Source: Bacteriovoracia bacterium
Lineage (GTDB): Bacteria > Bdellovibrionota > UBA1018 > JBFWNL01
Direction of reading: 5' to 3'
Length of the DNA: 64,000 bases
Assembly (NCBI GenBank): GCA_050251055.1
Contig: JBFWNL010000001.1
Coordinates: 459,825-523,824, forward strand
Part shown: positions 1 through 9,576 of the stretch, in pieces
Position numbering within the stretch: the first letter of the stretch is position 1
How the letters are laid out: each line of letters begins with the position of its first letter
The notes under the pieces: model-generated
Told to the model about the DNA's origin: nothing
Database searches by the model: none
The model's input: the letters and a program-made list of their open reading frames with translations, nothing else
Made by a program: the position numbers and the translations under genes

Positions 1-51
1 GGAAGGCACGAATCAAATTCAACGCATCGTCATCGGAAGGGCCCTTACGCA

Positions 52-1476
52 ATGAGCGTCACCGCCTCGCGCCTCGGAAGTTCCTCGTTAATGTTCGATT
101 GGTCCAATCTGGCCGCCTTCTCGCCGAGCAAGGGCCCAGCTGGCCGGCACCACGAGCCGGCGCTCGCCGAGCTCGAAGCCACGTGGAACGAGCATAAAGA
201 GTCGCTCTTCTCGGGGAAATACGGTTTCTTCAACGCGCCCACGGATGACGCCCTCTCGCAGGCTCGCGCGGCCCAGACGCTGGCGCAAGATCTGCGGGCC
301 ACGGGCAAATTCACCGACTGCGTCTTCCTGGGCATCGGCGGCAGCGCGCTGGGACCCATCAGTCTGCTCGCGGCGCTCGCCCATCGGCGTGACGCGAAAA
401 ATTCCCTGCGCTTTCACTTCTTCGAGAATCCCGATCCGATGGATTGGACGTCCCGCATCCGCGCGCTCGACCCCGCGTTCACGCTCGTCTGCGTGGTTAC
501 CAAGTCGGGAACTACATTTGAAACTATGGCGCTCTTCTTGCTGGCGCTCGAGTGGCTGGGACCCAACCGTTGGCAAGAGAACGTCGTGGCCATCACGGAT
601 CCCGAAAACGGGGATCTCCGCCATTTCTGCAAAAAAGAAAATCTCCGCACGCTCGAGATCGCGCCCTCGGTGGGTGGGCGGTTCAGCGTCTTCACGCCCG
701 TGGGCCTGTTCCCGCTCGCTTTGGCCGGGCATTCCGTCGAGGAGTTCCTCGCCGGCGCACGCTCCGTGCAGGAATACGTGAAGAAAACCCCGCCCGGCAA
801 AAACCCGCTTTTTCTCCTCGCCAGTCATTTCATTGCCCACTTCGCGACCCGTCCCATCCATGTGTGCATGCCTTACTCCACGCCCCTGCGCGGGATCGGC
901 AACTGGTGGGTGCAGCTCTGGAGCGAAAGCTTGGGGAAAAACGGCAAGGGCTTCTCGCCGATCGCCGCCGTGGGCCCAGTGGATCAACACAGCCTGCTGC
1001 AGCTTCTGCGCGACGGGCCGGACGACAAGATCACGCTCTTTCTAACCGTGGATGACTTCAACGCGGGTGTCCCACCGGTGAAGATTCCCGCGCTCCTCAA
1101 ACAACGCTATCCCATGGCCACGCACCTGAACGCCTTCACGATCCTGGAGAGCCACGGGCTTGACGACTTGATGAAGGCTGAGTACCGGGCCACGTCGCTC
1201 GTGCTGACGAAAAACCAACGCCCGAACCTCACCATCCAGCTTGACCAGCTAGGCGAGAAGTCGCTGGGTGCGCTCTACTTCGCCCTGGCCGTGAAAACCG
1301 CCTTCACCGGCTTTCTCTGGAAGGTGAACCCGTTTGATCAGCCGGGAGTCGAGGAAGGCAAAGTTTATATCCGTGACTCCCTCAGCCGCCATCGCGAGGA
1401 AGCGGGTGAGCGCCCCTTGCGGGAGTGGGAAGACAACTCCCCGGTGGCCCGGCTTCGTCGCGAGCGCCCCGAATAG
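52..1476 (+). CDS. pgi: Glucose-6-phosphate isomerase
   Basis: GIGGSALG, TKSGTTFET, VGGRFSVFTPVGL, QLWSESLGK, DQHSLLQL and NPFDQPGVEEGK are PGI motifs. Start may be ATG 91. Confidence 0.95.
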   Translation: MSVTASRLGSSSLMFDWSNLAAFSPSKGPAGRHHEPALAELEATWNEHKESLFSGKYGFFNAPTDDALSQARAAQTLAQDLRATGKFTDCVFLGIGGSALGPISLLAALAHRRDAKNSLRFHFFENPDPMDWTSRIRALDPAFTLVCVVTKSGTTFETMALFLLALEWLGPNRWQENVVAITDPENGDLRHFCKKENLRTLEIAPSVGGRFSVFTPVGLFPLALAGHSVEEFLAGARSVQEYVKKTPPGKNPLFLLASHFIAHFATRPIHVCMPYSTPLRGIGNWWVQLWSESLGKNGKGFSPIAAVGPVDQHSLLQLLRDGPDDKITLFLTVDDFNAGVPPVKIPALLKQRYPMATHLNAFTILESHGLDDLMKAEYRATSLVLTKNQRPNLTIQLDQLGEKSLGALYFALAVKTAFTGFLWKVNPFDQPGVEEGKVYIRDSLSRHREEAGERPLREWEDNSPVARLRRERPE

Positions 1477-1564
1477 TCCGACGGATTCGTCGAAGTAATA
1501 ACAAAACGCGTTAAGGGCCTATCCGCTTGACGCTACACGCCTATTCAGAATACTCTCAACGGGC

Positions 1565-2497
1565 ATGACCGCTGGCTCATCGGGTGATGACCCGTCCGAA
1601 AAAACCGAAGTCCTTTCGGGCGACCTCGAAACCCTCAACAAAGAACTCGCCAAAGCCAAGGAACAGGACGCGTGCCTGATCGTGATCCGGGGCACGCCCC
1701 AGGGGCATCGTTTCTTTCTGACCAAAGGCAAGATGATCATCGGACGGGATCCCGCGGCCGACGTCACGCTCTCGGATCAAAGCGTCTCCCGCAAGCACGT
1801 GGAGATTACCAAAGACCGCGGCAAAACTTTGCTGAGTGACCTGGGCTCCGCCAACGGCACCATCGTCAACGGTAAGCGCATGGGCAAGGGTGAATCCGTG
1901 CAGCTCGTAAAAGAAGACATGGTCCGGCTAGGCAACACGATCCTGAAGTACCTACCGGCCGGCGAGATCGAAACGCTGTTTTACGCCAACATCGCCTCCG
2001 CCGCGAACACGGACCCGCTCACGCGCGTATATAACCGGCGCTACTTCAACGAGGCGCTCGAAGTGGAATTCAAGCGCACGAAGGCCCTGCACTCGGATTT
2101 GGCCGTGATTTATTTCGACATCGATCACTTTAAAAAAGTGAACGACACGCATGGGCATGACGCGGGCGATTTCATCTTGAAAGAGTTCAGCGCCATCATC
2201 CGGACCAAGTTCGTGCGCCCCAAGGATGTCTTCGCGCGTTTCGGCGGCGAGGAGTTCGTGCTCCTGCTCGCCAACACCAAAGCGGAGATCGCCGCGGATA
2301 TCGCGGAGAACATCCGCGCCACGATCGAAGCCCACGCTTTCATCTACAAAGGCAAGCGCATCCCCCTCACCATGAGCGCGGGCGTGGCCGAAGTCGCCGC
2401 GACCATCGAGTCGGCGCAGACTTTTATTAATCACGCCGACAAGGCGCTCTACGAGTCGAAGTCGAGCGGCCGTAACCGCGTGACCGTCTCGAGCTGA
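1565..2497 (+). CDS. FHA-GGDEF diguanylate cyclase (Bdellovibrio DgcB-like architecture)
   Basis: FHA motifs IGRD, VSRKH, DLGSANGT; GGDEF domain DPLTRVYNRR, DIDHFKKVNDTHGHDAGD, RFGGEEF; RxxD I-site (RPKD). Confidence 0.92.
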   Translation: MTAGSSGDDPSEKTEVLSGDLETLNKELAKAKEQDACLIVIRGTPQGHRFFLTKGKMIIGRDPAADVTLSDQSVSRKHVEITKDRGKTLLSDLGSANGTIVNGKRMGKGESVQLVKEDMVRLGNTILKYLPAGEIETLFYANIASAANTDPLTRVYNRRYFNEALEVEFKRTKALHSDLAVIYFDIDHFKKVNDTHGHDAGDFILKEFSAIIRTKFVRPKDVFARFGGEEFVLLLANTKAEIAADIAENIRATIEAHAFIYKGKRIPLTMSAGVAEVAATIESAQTFINHADKALYESKSSGRNRVTVSS

Positions 2498-2504
2498 AAC
2501 CCGC

Positions 2505-3068
2505 TTACTTCCAAAAAAACTGCCACCAGTAAGTGGTATTGAAACGCGCCAGCCCGTGCCAGCTCAGGAATTTCTCGTCGAGGATACGGAACGCCTGGCG
2601 CCAGCGGACGCGGTTGTACTTCGCCCCCTGGTAACACGCATGCATGATCACGAGCTCCAGGGGAGGGCGCCCCTTCAGGACGGCTTTCATCATCGCGGCG
2701 TCGATCACTTCCGACTCGCTCAGGAAAATCAGGTCCGCGCCGTTCGCATCATTTAAATTGTAAGTTTTGGAGTCTTCTTCGATACCCTCCCCCACGAATC
2801 CGAAGACCTTCACGCAGGGGTCCTGCAGCTGCTCGGCAAGGGTATCAAAAGTCGGCTCTTGGAAAAATAGGACGGTATAGCCGCGATCGCGAAAATCCTT
2901 CATCAGCTCGTCGATCGTGTTTTCAAACCCGTTACGGGCAGCCTTCACCGAGGGCAAGGCGCCTTGCACGACTACCGCGTACGGTGAGCGACACGTAGGA
3001 CTATCCGCCTGCGCGGAGGCGCTCATCCAGAATAAGCATGTGAACAAAAATGCGTACGTCTTTCCCAT
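2505..3068 (-). CDS. Secreted hypothetical protein, caspase/CHAT-like fold suspected
   Basis: Signal peptide (MMGKTYAFLFTCLFWMSASAQA); FGFVGEG and VIMHACYQG echo the caspase-fold GHG and DAC motifs. The ORF track extends to 3101. Confidence 0.6.
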   Translation of the reverse strand: MGKTYAFLFTCLFWMSASAQADSPTCRSPYAVVVQGALPSVKAARNGFENTIDELMKDFRDRGYTVLFFQEPTFDTLAEQLQDPCVKVFGFVGEGIEEDSKTYNLNDANGADLIFLSESEVIDAAMMKAVLKGRPPLELVIMHACYQGAKYNRVRWRQAFRILDEKFLSWHGLARFNTTYWWQFFWK

Positions 3069-3283
3069 CATTACCCCCACAGGTAACTTCAGGCCACCCA
3101 CAACACAGGGCGTTGTAACCGGATCTTACGACCCCTGTCTAGGTACCCACCAAAATTAATCCGAGAGAGAAAATAATCGAGTATTTACATATATTTAATC
3201 AGAACACAGGGTGGGCGCAGACCATCCGTCCGACCAGAGAAATCTGTTTCTTTAAACCCTTCTCTCCTATAGGATCGCCCATC

Positions 3284-4339
3284 ATGAAAACCCGTGACTT
3301 CATCCAAGTGGAATACGCCGAGCCGCATCTCAACCGGACCCTGAAGATCCTAAAGGCCCATCCGGAAATATCGAAACTTTATGGTTACACGCCTTCCACC
3401 GCTTGGTTCGTTTATGGGTTGGTGGCGCTGCAGACCGTGCTCGCTGTCGTCATTCAAGACCAACCGTGGTGGGCGTTCTTGCTACTCGCCTACACGGTGG
3501 GCGCGGCCGCGAGCCACGCGCTCTTCATCTTGATCCACGACGCCACCCACAACCTGATTTTCAAGACGTCGCTCGCGAATCGCTGGATCGCGATTGTCGC
3601 CAACCTGCCCTTCATTTTTCCGGCCGCCATGGGCTTCCGCGAATATCACCTCATCCACCACAAGTATCAGGGCGAGATGGAATACGATGCCGACTTGGCG
3701 CCCGAGTGGGAAGCGCGCGTCTACAGCGGCGGCCCCTTCAGCGCATTAAAGAAAATGATTTGGTTCGTGCTTTTCCCCATCCACTACGGCATCACGCGTC
3801 CGCTGCGCTTGAAGAAAATCTATAGCCTAGACAAGTGGGCGATCATCAACACGCTCGCGGTGGCCGCATACGTCGTGATCATGCAAGCCTGGACGGGCTG
3901 GACGGGCGTGGCCTATCTTTTCGTCTCCGCCTGCTTCTCCATCGGCCTGCATCCCCTGGGCGCGCGCTGGATCCAAGAGCACTTTGTTTTTCACCAAAAC
4001 CAGGAAACTTACTCGTATTACGGACCACTGAATAAGATCGCATTCAACGTGGGCTTCCATAACGAGCACCACGATTTCATGGGGATCCCGTGGTCACGCC
4101 TGCCGAAGGTGCGGGCTACCGCGCCGGAATTCTACGATACGCTTTACTACCATAAGTCGTGGACGGGCCTGATCCTACGCTTCATCTTCGACCCTAAGGT
4201 GGATTTCTATAGCCGCGTCGTGCGCCCGAGCCACAAGGCGAAGAGCCGACTGCGCGCGGAGAGCCTGACCGCCCCGGGCGGCCTGGTCGTGCAAAAATCC
4301 GCCACCGACGTATCCGGGGCGATTCCAGCGTCTTCGTAA
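3284..4339 (+). CDS. Membrane lipid desaturase, sphingolipid Delta4-desaturase (DES1)-like
   Basis: N-terminal EPHxxRxxxILKAHPEI; His boxes HDATH, HLIHH, HNEHH; GLHPLGARWIQEH and QETYSYYGPLN are typical of the DES1 family. Confidence 0.88.
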   Translation: MKTRDFIQVEYAEPHLNRTLKILKAHPEISKLYGYTPSTAWFVYGLVALQTVLAVVIQDQPWWAFLLLAYTVGAAASHALFILIHDATHNLIFKTSLANRWIAIVANLPFIFPAAMGFREYHLIHHKYQGEMEYDADLAPEWEARVYSGGPFSALKKMIWFVLFPIHYGITRPLRLKKIYSLDKWAIINTLAVAAYVVIMQAWTGWTGVAYLFVSACFSIGLHPLGARWIQEHFVFHQNQETYSYYGPLNKIAFNVGFHNEHHDFMGIPWSRLPKVRATAPEFYDTLYYHKSWTGLILRFIFDPKVDFYSRVVRPSHKAKSRLRAESLTAPGGLVVQKSATDVSGAIPASS

Positions 4340-4365
4340 TTCTGGGTAATCGGGATTCGCGGCGC

Positions 4366-5013
4366 CTACGCTTGCCGCTTCTGGTGGAAGTACAGGTGCC
4401 AGATCACGGCCGGGAACAAGTTAAGCCAGATCTTTTCCTGCATGTAGACGTACGGGTGGATTTCCCGGGTTAGGTAATCGTTCAGTTCGTGAAACCGTTG
4501 GCGACGCTCGCCCGCCATGAGAATCGCATTCCACTTCCGCACGCCCATGTACTCGAAATACGAGAAGCAGCCCTCTTCTTTGGAGAGGAGCTTGAACTGC
4601 GCAAAGAGCTCCGTCACAAGCTTCATCGGGAAGTTATTCAGCGGCAATCCGCATAGAATATGATCAAAGCGGATATCGCTGCGAAAATCCTGCAAGTACC
4701 CGTTGAATATCGTCACGCGGGGGAAATCCGGACGACCGCGACGCCAACGCGCCACGCGCTTTTCCAGCACCTTACAGAAGCTCGCGTTGGCCTCCACCAA
4801 AGTCAGGTGATCGTCCTTGCCCATGCGCCGGCAAATCGCTTCCGTCGTCGAGCCGGTGCCCGGACCGACTTCCATCACTTCCAAAGGATGCGAGTGGGGT
4901 AAAATGATCTCGGCTAGCTTATTCGCGAGGAAGTCGGAGCTAGGGATTAGCGCGCCGACTTCCTTTTGGCGTTGGAAGAATTGACTGACGAAAACGAACT
5001 TATCTTTAAGCAT
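4366..5013 (-). CDS. Phospholipid N-methyltransferase (rhizobial PmtA/OlsG-like class I SAM methyltransferase)
   Basis: GALIPSS, VMEVGPGTG (SAM-binding), CGLPLNNFP, WLNLFPA. Confidence 0.8.
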   Translation of the reverse strand: MLKDKFVFVSQFFQRQKEVGALIPSSDFLANKLAEIILPHSHPLEVMEVGPGTGSTTEAICRRMGKDDHLTLVEANASFCKVLEKRVARWRRGRPDFPRVTIFNGYLQDFRSDIRFDHILCGLPLNNFPMKLVTELFAQFKLLSKEEGCFSYFEYMGVRKWNAILMAGERRQRFHELNDYLTREIHPYVYMQEKIWLNLFPAVIWHLYFHQKRQA

Positions 5014-5059
5014 AGGGGTGGCACATAAGCATATGTAAGCGCGATAGCCCCACTCTCCC

Positions 5060-5671
5060 CTATTCGTACCGAGTGCTCAAGCACTTTGTGATCTGGGCCG
5101 TGATCTCCTCGGTGAGCTGGCGGAAGGCCCGCTCGTTCTCGGGGCCGAACCAAAGCTCGGGATCCCGGGTCACGCCATAGAGTAACCCCAGCTTCAGGTA
5201 GGAGGACAGGCGAACCGCCCGCCAGGAGGGCTTGACGCCCTGGAACTGCTCCCAGGCCTCGGAGAGCTTTTTGCAATAGCGCTCCTCGACGGCGCGAATC
5301 TCCTCCCCCAGCTCGGTGGGATCATTGCAATACCGGAAATAGAGGGTCGGCGCCCAGGGGTACTCACGAACCAGGTCGATCGCCTTAGCCATCCGCCCGT
5401 TTTGGAACTCTTCCCAGTGCTTGTATCGCTTCCTTTGGCCACCCCGGAGGTCGATGGAATGCAGCTGCACGAATTCGCGAATCCCGTAACGAACGGCCTC
5501 CTGAATCATGCCCTTCGCGGATTTGCCAAAATAGTAATAGAGCGTGGATCGTGGCACCCCGCAAAGCCGGGACACCTTCGAGTAAGTCAACTCGCGAGGC
5601 GAGTGCCGGGCCAGCAGGGCGACGATCTGCCGAAGCAACTGATCCAAATTGAGCTTCTTACGCGTAGCCAT
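5060..5671 (-). CDS. TetR/AcrR family transcriptional regulator
   Basis: N-terminal HTH LTYSKVSRLCGVPRSTLYYYF; about 200 aa; divergent from the adjacent gene. Confidence 0.85.
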   Translation of the reverse strand: MATRKKLNLDQLLRQIVALLARHSPRELTYSKVSRLCGVPRSTLYYYFGKSAKGMIQEAVRYGIREFVQLHSIDLRGGQRKRYKHWEEFQNGRMAKAIDLVREYPWAPTLYFRYCNDPTELGEEIRAVEERYCKKLSEAWEQFQGVKPSWRAVRLSSYLKLGLLYGVTRDPELWFGPENERAFRQLTEEITAQITKCLSTRYE

Positions 5672-5686
5672 TTCTTCTGGCGTTTC

Positions 5687-5705
5687 ATTGTAATTCGCTT
5701 ACAAT
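5687..5705. promoter_or_regulatory. Perfect inverted repeat ATTGTAA-N5-TTACAAT, probable TetR operator overlapping both divergent -10 boxes
   Basis: Palindrome in the 54-bp divergent gap; each arm contains TACAAT on its own strand. Confidence 0.65.
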
Positions 5706-5725
5706 TTGAAGCAACACCCGAATTT

Positions 5726-7300
5726 ATGCGCAGAACCTTTTACTTTGTATCGGCCGTCGTATTCGCGTTAACCGGACTCTTCGCCCTGGCTTGGCCAAGC
5801 GTGCTCCAGTCCCTGATCGTCACGGGCCCACTCTTTTTGCTGGGCCTGGCCGACGCGCTCCAGCGAAGGCAATCCATCCGCCGAAACTTCCCTCTGCTTG
5901 GGCATTTCCGATACCTGCTCGAATCGATCCGTCCCGAAATCCAGCAGTATTTCATCGAGACCAACGCGGACGGCCAGCCCTTCAGCCGCGAGCGGCGTTC
6001 GGTAATCTACCAACGCGCGAAGAAAGTCACCGACACGATCCCGTTCGGTACCCAAATCGACGTGTACGACCCTGGCTACGAATGGATCAACCACTCTATC
6101 GTACCGAAGCCCATCCCGGCGGATGCCCCCCGCGTGACGATCGGCGGCCCCGATTGCAAGCGGCCCTATTCGGCGTCCATCCTGAACATTTCGGCCATGA
6201 GCTACGGCTCGCTTAGCAAGAATGCCGTGCTTGCCCTGAATGGCGGCGCGAAGATCGGAGGCTTTGCGCACAATACCGGTGAAGGCGGCCTGAGCCCCTA
6301 TCATCTGGAACCGGGCGGCGACCTCATCTGGCAGATCGGCACGGGGTACTTTAGCTGCCGTACCAAGGATGGGAAATTCAGCGACGGCCACTTTCGGGAG
6401 CGGGCCCAACAGCCGCAGGTAAAAATGATCGAGTTGAAGCTCTCGCAAGGCGCGAAACCCGGGCACGGCGGAATCCTTCCCGCCGCCAAGGTCACGCCGG
6501 AAATCGCCGACATTCGTGGCGTGGAGGTGGGCAAAACCGTTTTCTCCCCGCCTTGGCACACGGCTTTCTCGAATCCCATCGAGCTTTTGGAATTCCTAGG
6601 TAAGCTGCGCGAGCTCTCCGGCGGCAAGCCCGTGGGCTTCAAGCTCTGCGTCGGCAAGCGGCGTGAGTTCTTCTCCATCTGCAAAGCCATGCTGAAGACC
6701 GGGATCACGCCCGACTTCATTACGATCGACGGCGGCGAGGGCGGTACCGGCGCCGCCCCTCTGGAATTCTCCAACTCCGTGGGCACCCCATTGAATGAAG
6801 GCCTGATTTTCGTACACAATGCGCTCGTCGGCGTAAATCTGCGCGAACGCGTCAAGCTCATCGCCAGCGGCAAGATCACGACGGGCTTCAGTATCGCCAA
6901 CAAACTCGCCCTGGGCGCCGATCTCTGCAACTCCGCGCGGGGCATGCTCTTCGCCTTGGGCTGCATCCAGGCCCTGCGTTGCAACACCAACAACTGCCCC
7001 ACTGGGGTAGCGACGCAAGATCCCGAACTCGTCCACGGGCTGGTCGTCGAAGATAAAAAACACCGGGTGGCTCACTTCCACCACGCCACCGTCCATAGCT
7101 TCCTGGAAGTCCTTTGCGCGTCGGGCCTTTCCCGTCCCGAAGAGCTGCGTCCTTGGCACATTCACCGCCGCGTAAGCCGCTTCGAAGTCAAGCACTACGG
7201 TGAGCTTTACCATTACCTGGACCCAGGCGCCCTGCTCTCTGGCTCCCCATCCACCAACTACGCGCGTGCGTGGGCGAATGCCACCGCCGAGCAGTTTTAA
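5726..7300 (+). CDS. FMN-binding glutamate synthase family protein (membrane-anchored, stand-alone FMN/3Fe-4S domain)
   Basis: SAMSYGSLS, NTGEGG, ELKLSQGAKPGHGG, DGGEGGTGAAP, CIQALRCNTNNCPTGVATQD; two N-terminal TM segments. ATG 5726 preferred because 5402 overlaps tetR. Confidence 0.92.
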   Translation: MRRTFYFVSAVVFALTGLFALAWPSVLQSLIVTGPLFLLGLADALQRRQSIRRNFPLLGHFRYLLESIRPEIQQYFIETNADGQPFSRERRSVIYQRAKKVTDTIPFGTQIDVYDPGYEWINHSIVPKPIPADAPRVTIGGPDCKRPYSASILNISAMSYGSLSKNAVLALNGGAKIGGFAHNTGEGGLSPYHLEPGGDLIWQIGTGYFSCRTKDGKFSDGHFRERAQQPQVKMIELKLSQGAKPGHGGILPAAKVTPEIADIRGVEVGKTVFSPPWHTAFSNPIELLEFLGKLRELSGGKPVGFKLCVGKRREFFSICKAMLKTGITPDFITIDGGEGGTGAAPLEFSNSVGTPLNEGLIFVHNALVGVNLRERVKLIASGKITTGFSIANKLALGADLCNSARGMLFALGCIQALRCNTNNCPTGVATQDPELVHGLVVEDKKHRVAHFHHATVHSFLEVLCASGLSRPEELRPWHIHRRVSRFEVKHYGELYHYLDPGALLSGSPSTNYARAWANATAEQF

Positions 7301-7323
7301 TCTCACTCTGATTATTTTCGAAT

Positions 7324-9576
7324 TTAGTCGTAGCGACAGCCGTTGCGGACGTCGCAGAAGCGGAATAGACCCGATCCCGCTGATCCAGTGGCTTCATTCG
7401 GCAAGGCGGTGAAATAGATTTCCCCGCCGTAATGGATCGCATTAAACGGATTGACGTCATCAAACTCATTTGGAAGAACGGCGTCCGGCTGCCTCAAAAT
7501 GCGAGTAAGGTGAAATATACGCTGGGCTCCCTTCACGTCGGACTCCCCCGTCTGCGGGTCGTACATAAACATGCGCAGGTATCCGCCAGCACCGCGGGCG
7601 GAAAAATATAACTTACCGTCAATGGCGTGTAGCCATTTCGCACGCTCACCATCTTCGTTCCCCACCACATCATTCTGATTGATCTGGTAGGTGTAAGCGG
7701 AGTCCGTACCGGGCTTCACGCAATAGATTAAACCGCCGATGCCATTTTGTGCCCCTAGGTAACAAGCCGTGTTGTCGTCCAACTTTACCAAATTGTTCGC
7801 ACCAGTAATTTCATAGGTGACGGGAGGTCCCGATGTTACAGAGTCCGGCAGGCGACGAAACGAGCTGTATGGAGCTCCGGTCACGGCGGTATTGAAACTA
7901 AACATCCGAGGCACGTCCGCCACCAAACCGACAAAGACCAGGTGATCCCCCACGAGCACCATTGATTTTGAAGCGTTCATATCGGTGGAAAGCACACCAG
8001 AGAAATCGTTGTAGTGGGTGCTGCCACTTAAGCCACTGTTATTGTGGGAAAGCCGCTGGAAAGACGCCGTGTACCCTCCTCCCGCTTGCGGCAGTCCAGT
8101 TGCCTTAAACCGCAGAAGTCGGATTGTTTTCGGCGCGCTCGCTACAGCGTCGACCTTCGCAATCCCGTAGAAGTAAAGGTAGTCCCCCACCACCGTGAAT
8201 TGAGGATCAAAGCGGGAAGAAAATCCCCCGTTCTGAGCGTTTTTATTAAACCCGATTTCATGCGGCGTAATGACCGGAACCACTCCGTTCCAATGCAGTG
8301 AGTAAAGAAGATTGGGATCGGTCGTGTATGCTGGGGAATGGTAGTCTGCCGCCGCGAACATTAAGCGGCCGTTGTAAACCACCGAACGAAATGGTTCTGA
8401 ATCCGCTTGCCCGGCGGTTCCACTAGCCAACATGTTCCATGCTCCTCCACCCGTCGAAGCAGAAATCATGTCGATGGAGACGATCCCATTTCCATCTTCT
8501 GGGGAGAGCCGGAAGAGCTTAACGTTGGCACCGGTACTTCCATTATCGGCGGCGAAGTAAAGCTTCCCGGCGAAAACCGTCGCTGGGAAATGCACATCGC
8601 CGATCGTAAACGTATCGTAAGCTTGGCTCAGATCCTCGACCACTAGGCCACTGCGGTAGTTGTGAAGCGAATTCTTACCCGTCGCCGCATTACGCTTGAC
8701 GAAGTAGACAGAGCTGTCGAATTCGACAAAACCCTTGAAGACGGGCACCGTATCACTATCGCGAGGCACATCTCGTTTAAGGGCGTAGTATTTATTGTCC
8801 GAGGGAGAATAGGCGAATAAGTCGCACAAATTGCCGGCGCGATTTACTTGTAAAAAAATCTCTCCCCGCAGCTCCGCCAGGAGTAAGACGTGCAGATCGG
8901 AGACACTTGGGTTATTCAAGCGACGATATTGGAATAGATAGCTTCCACTGGTGCCGGTATTCGTCACTTCATTTCCAGGCTGCCCCGTCAAAAGGTAGGC
9001 TATCACTTTTAGGCCCAACACATTCGGGATTAGACTCAGGACATCGAAAGTCATCGTCGTACCGCAGGGCCGGCCCTGATAGACTCCTTGAATCTGGCAC
9101 GCCATATCTGCACGGTTCGCGCTGGCGTCATAAGGAGCCGAGACCGTCAATCCATCTCCCTCATCCGCCACGATATTGTGCGCCACTCTTCGGGTTGAAA
9201 TATCTAGACCGGCGACATTCGTTCCTGACGTCGTCGCCGCGTTTTCCTGAGGCACGGCTGGCGCAAAATAAGTATCGCTAATTACGCCGGCGTTGAAGGT
9301 CGTGCCTTCTTGATAGCTACGAGTCCACGCCGTCACCAGGTCAACTACGACGACATCCTCCCCCTCCATCTTTACGGAGGCCGCTAACAAATCGCGCGGA
9401 TCCGTCCCATTGGCATAGGCGAGCGAGAAACTAGCGACCCGTCCCGTGTTGCTGAAATTGACGTTATCGAAAGACGCGCTCGAGTTGAAACAAGCGGACG
9501 CGCTTGCCAGAACGGCAAACCCCAGAGCCATGAGCTGGAATCTTCGCGTGAGCGCGAAGGCGAATGCATGAATCAC
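7324..9576 (-). CDS. Large beta-propeller lipoprotein (ELWxxDGT-like repeats)
   Basis: Lipobox ASAC after a hydrophobic stretch; repeated G-x-L/I-Y-F blades (GKLYFAA, GRLMFAA, GDYLYFY, GKLYFSA, GEIYFTA). GTG 9576 has a GAGG SD; alternative ATG at 9621. Confidence 0.65.
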   Translation of the reverse strand: MIHAFAFALTRRFQLMALGFAVLASASACFNSSASFDNVNFSNTGRVASFSLAYANGTDPRDLLAASVKMEGEDVVVVDLVTAWTRSYQEGTTFNAGVISDTYFAPAVPQENAATTSGTNVAGLDISTRRVAHNIVADEGDGLTVSAPYDASANRADMACQIQGVYQGRPCGTTMTFDVLSLIPNVLGLKVIAYLLTGQPGNEVTNTGTSGSYLFQYRRLNNPSVSDLHVLLLAELRGEIFLQVNRAGNLCDLFAYSPSDNKYYALKRDVPRDSDTVPVFKGFVEFDSSVYFVKRNAATGKNSLHNYRSGLVVEDLSQAYDTFTIGDVHFPATVFAGKLYFAADNGSTGANVKLFRLSPEDGNGIVSIDMISASTGGGAWNMLASGTAGQADSEPFRSVVYNGRLMFAAADYHSPAYTTDPNLLYSLHWNGVVPVITPHEIGFNKNAQNGGFSSRFDPQFTVVGDYLYFYGIAKVDAVASAPKTIRLLRFKATGLPQAGGGYTASFQRLSHNNSGLSGSTHYNDFSGVLSTDMNASKSMVLVGDHLVFVGLVADVPRMFSFNTAVTGAPYSSFRRLPDSVTSGPPVTYEITGANNLVKLDDNTACYLGAQNGIGGLIYCVKPGTDSAYTYQINQNDVVGNEDGERAKWLHAIDGKLYFSARGAGGYLRMFMYDPQTGESDVKGAQRIFHLTRILRQPDAVLPNEFDDVNPFNAIHYGGEIYFTALPNEATGSAGSGLFRFCDVRNGCRYD

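Noticed and set aside
5402-5725. N-terminal extensions in the ORF track (also 25494-25589, 26741-26902, 49245-49463, 50029-50172, 59311-59451, 61881-62018)
   Set aside because: Most overlap neighbouring genes. Downstream starts match family N-termini, signal peptides or ATGA coupling.
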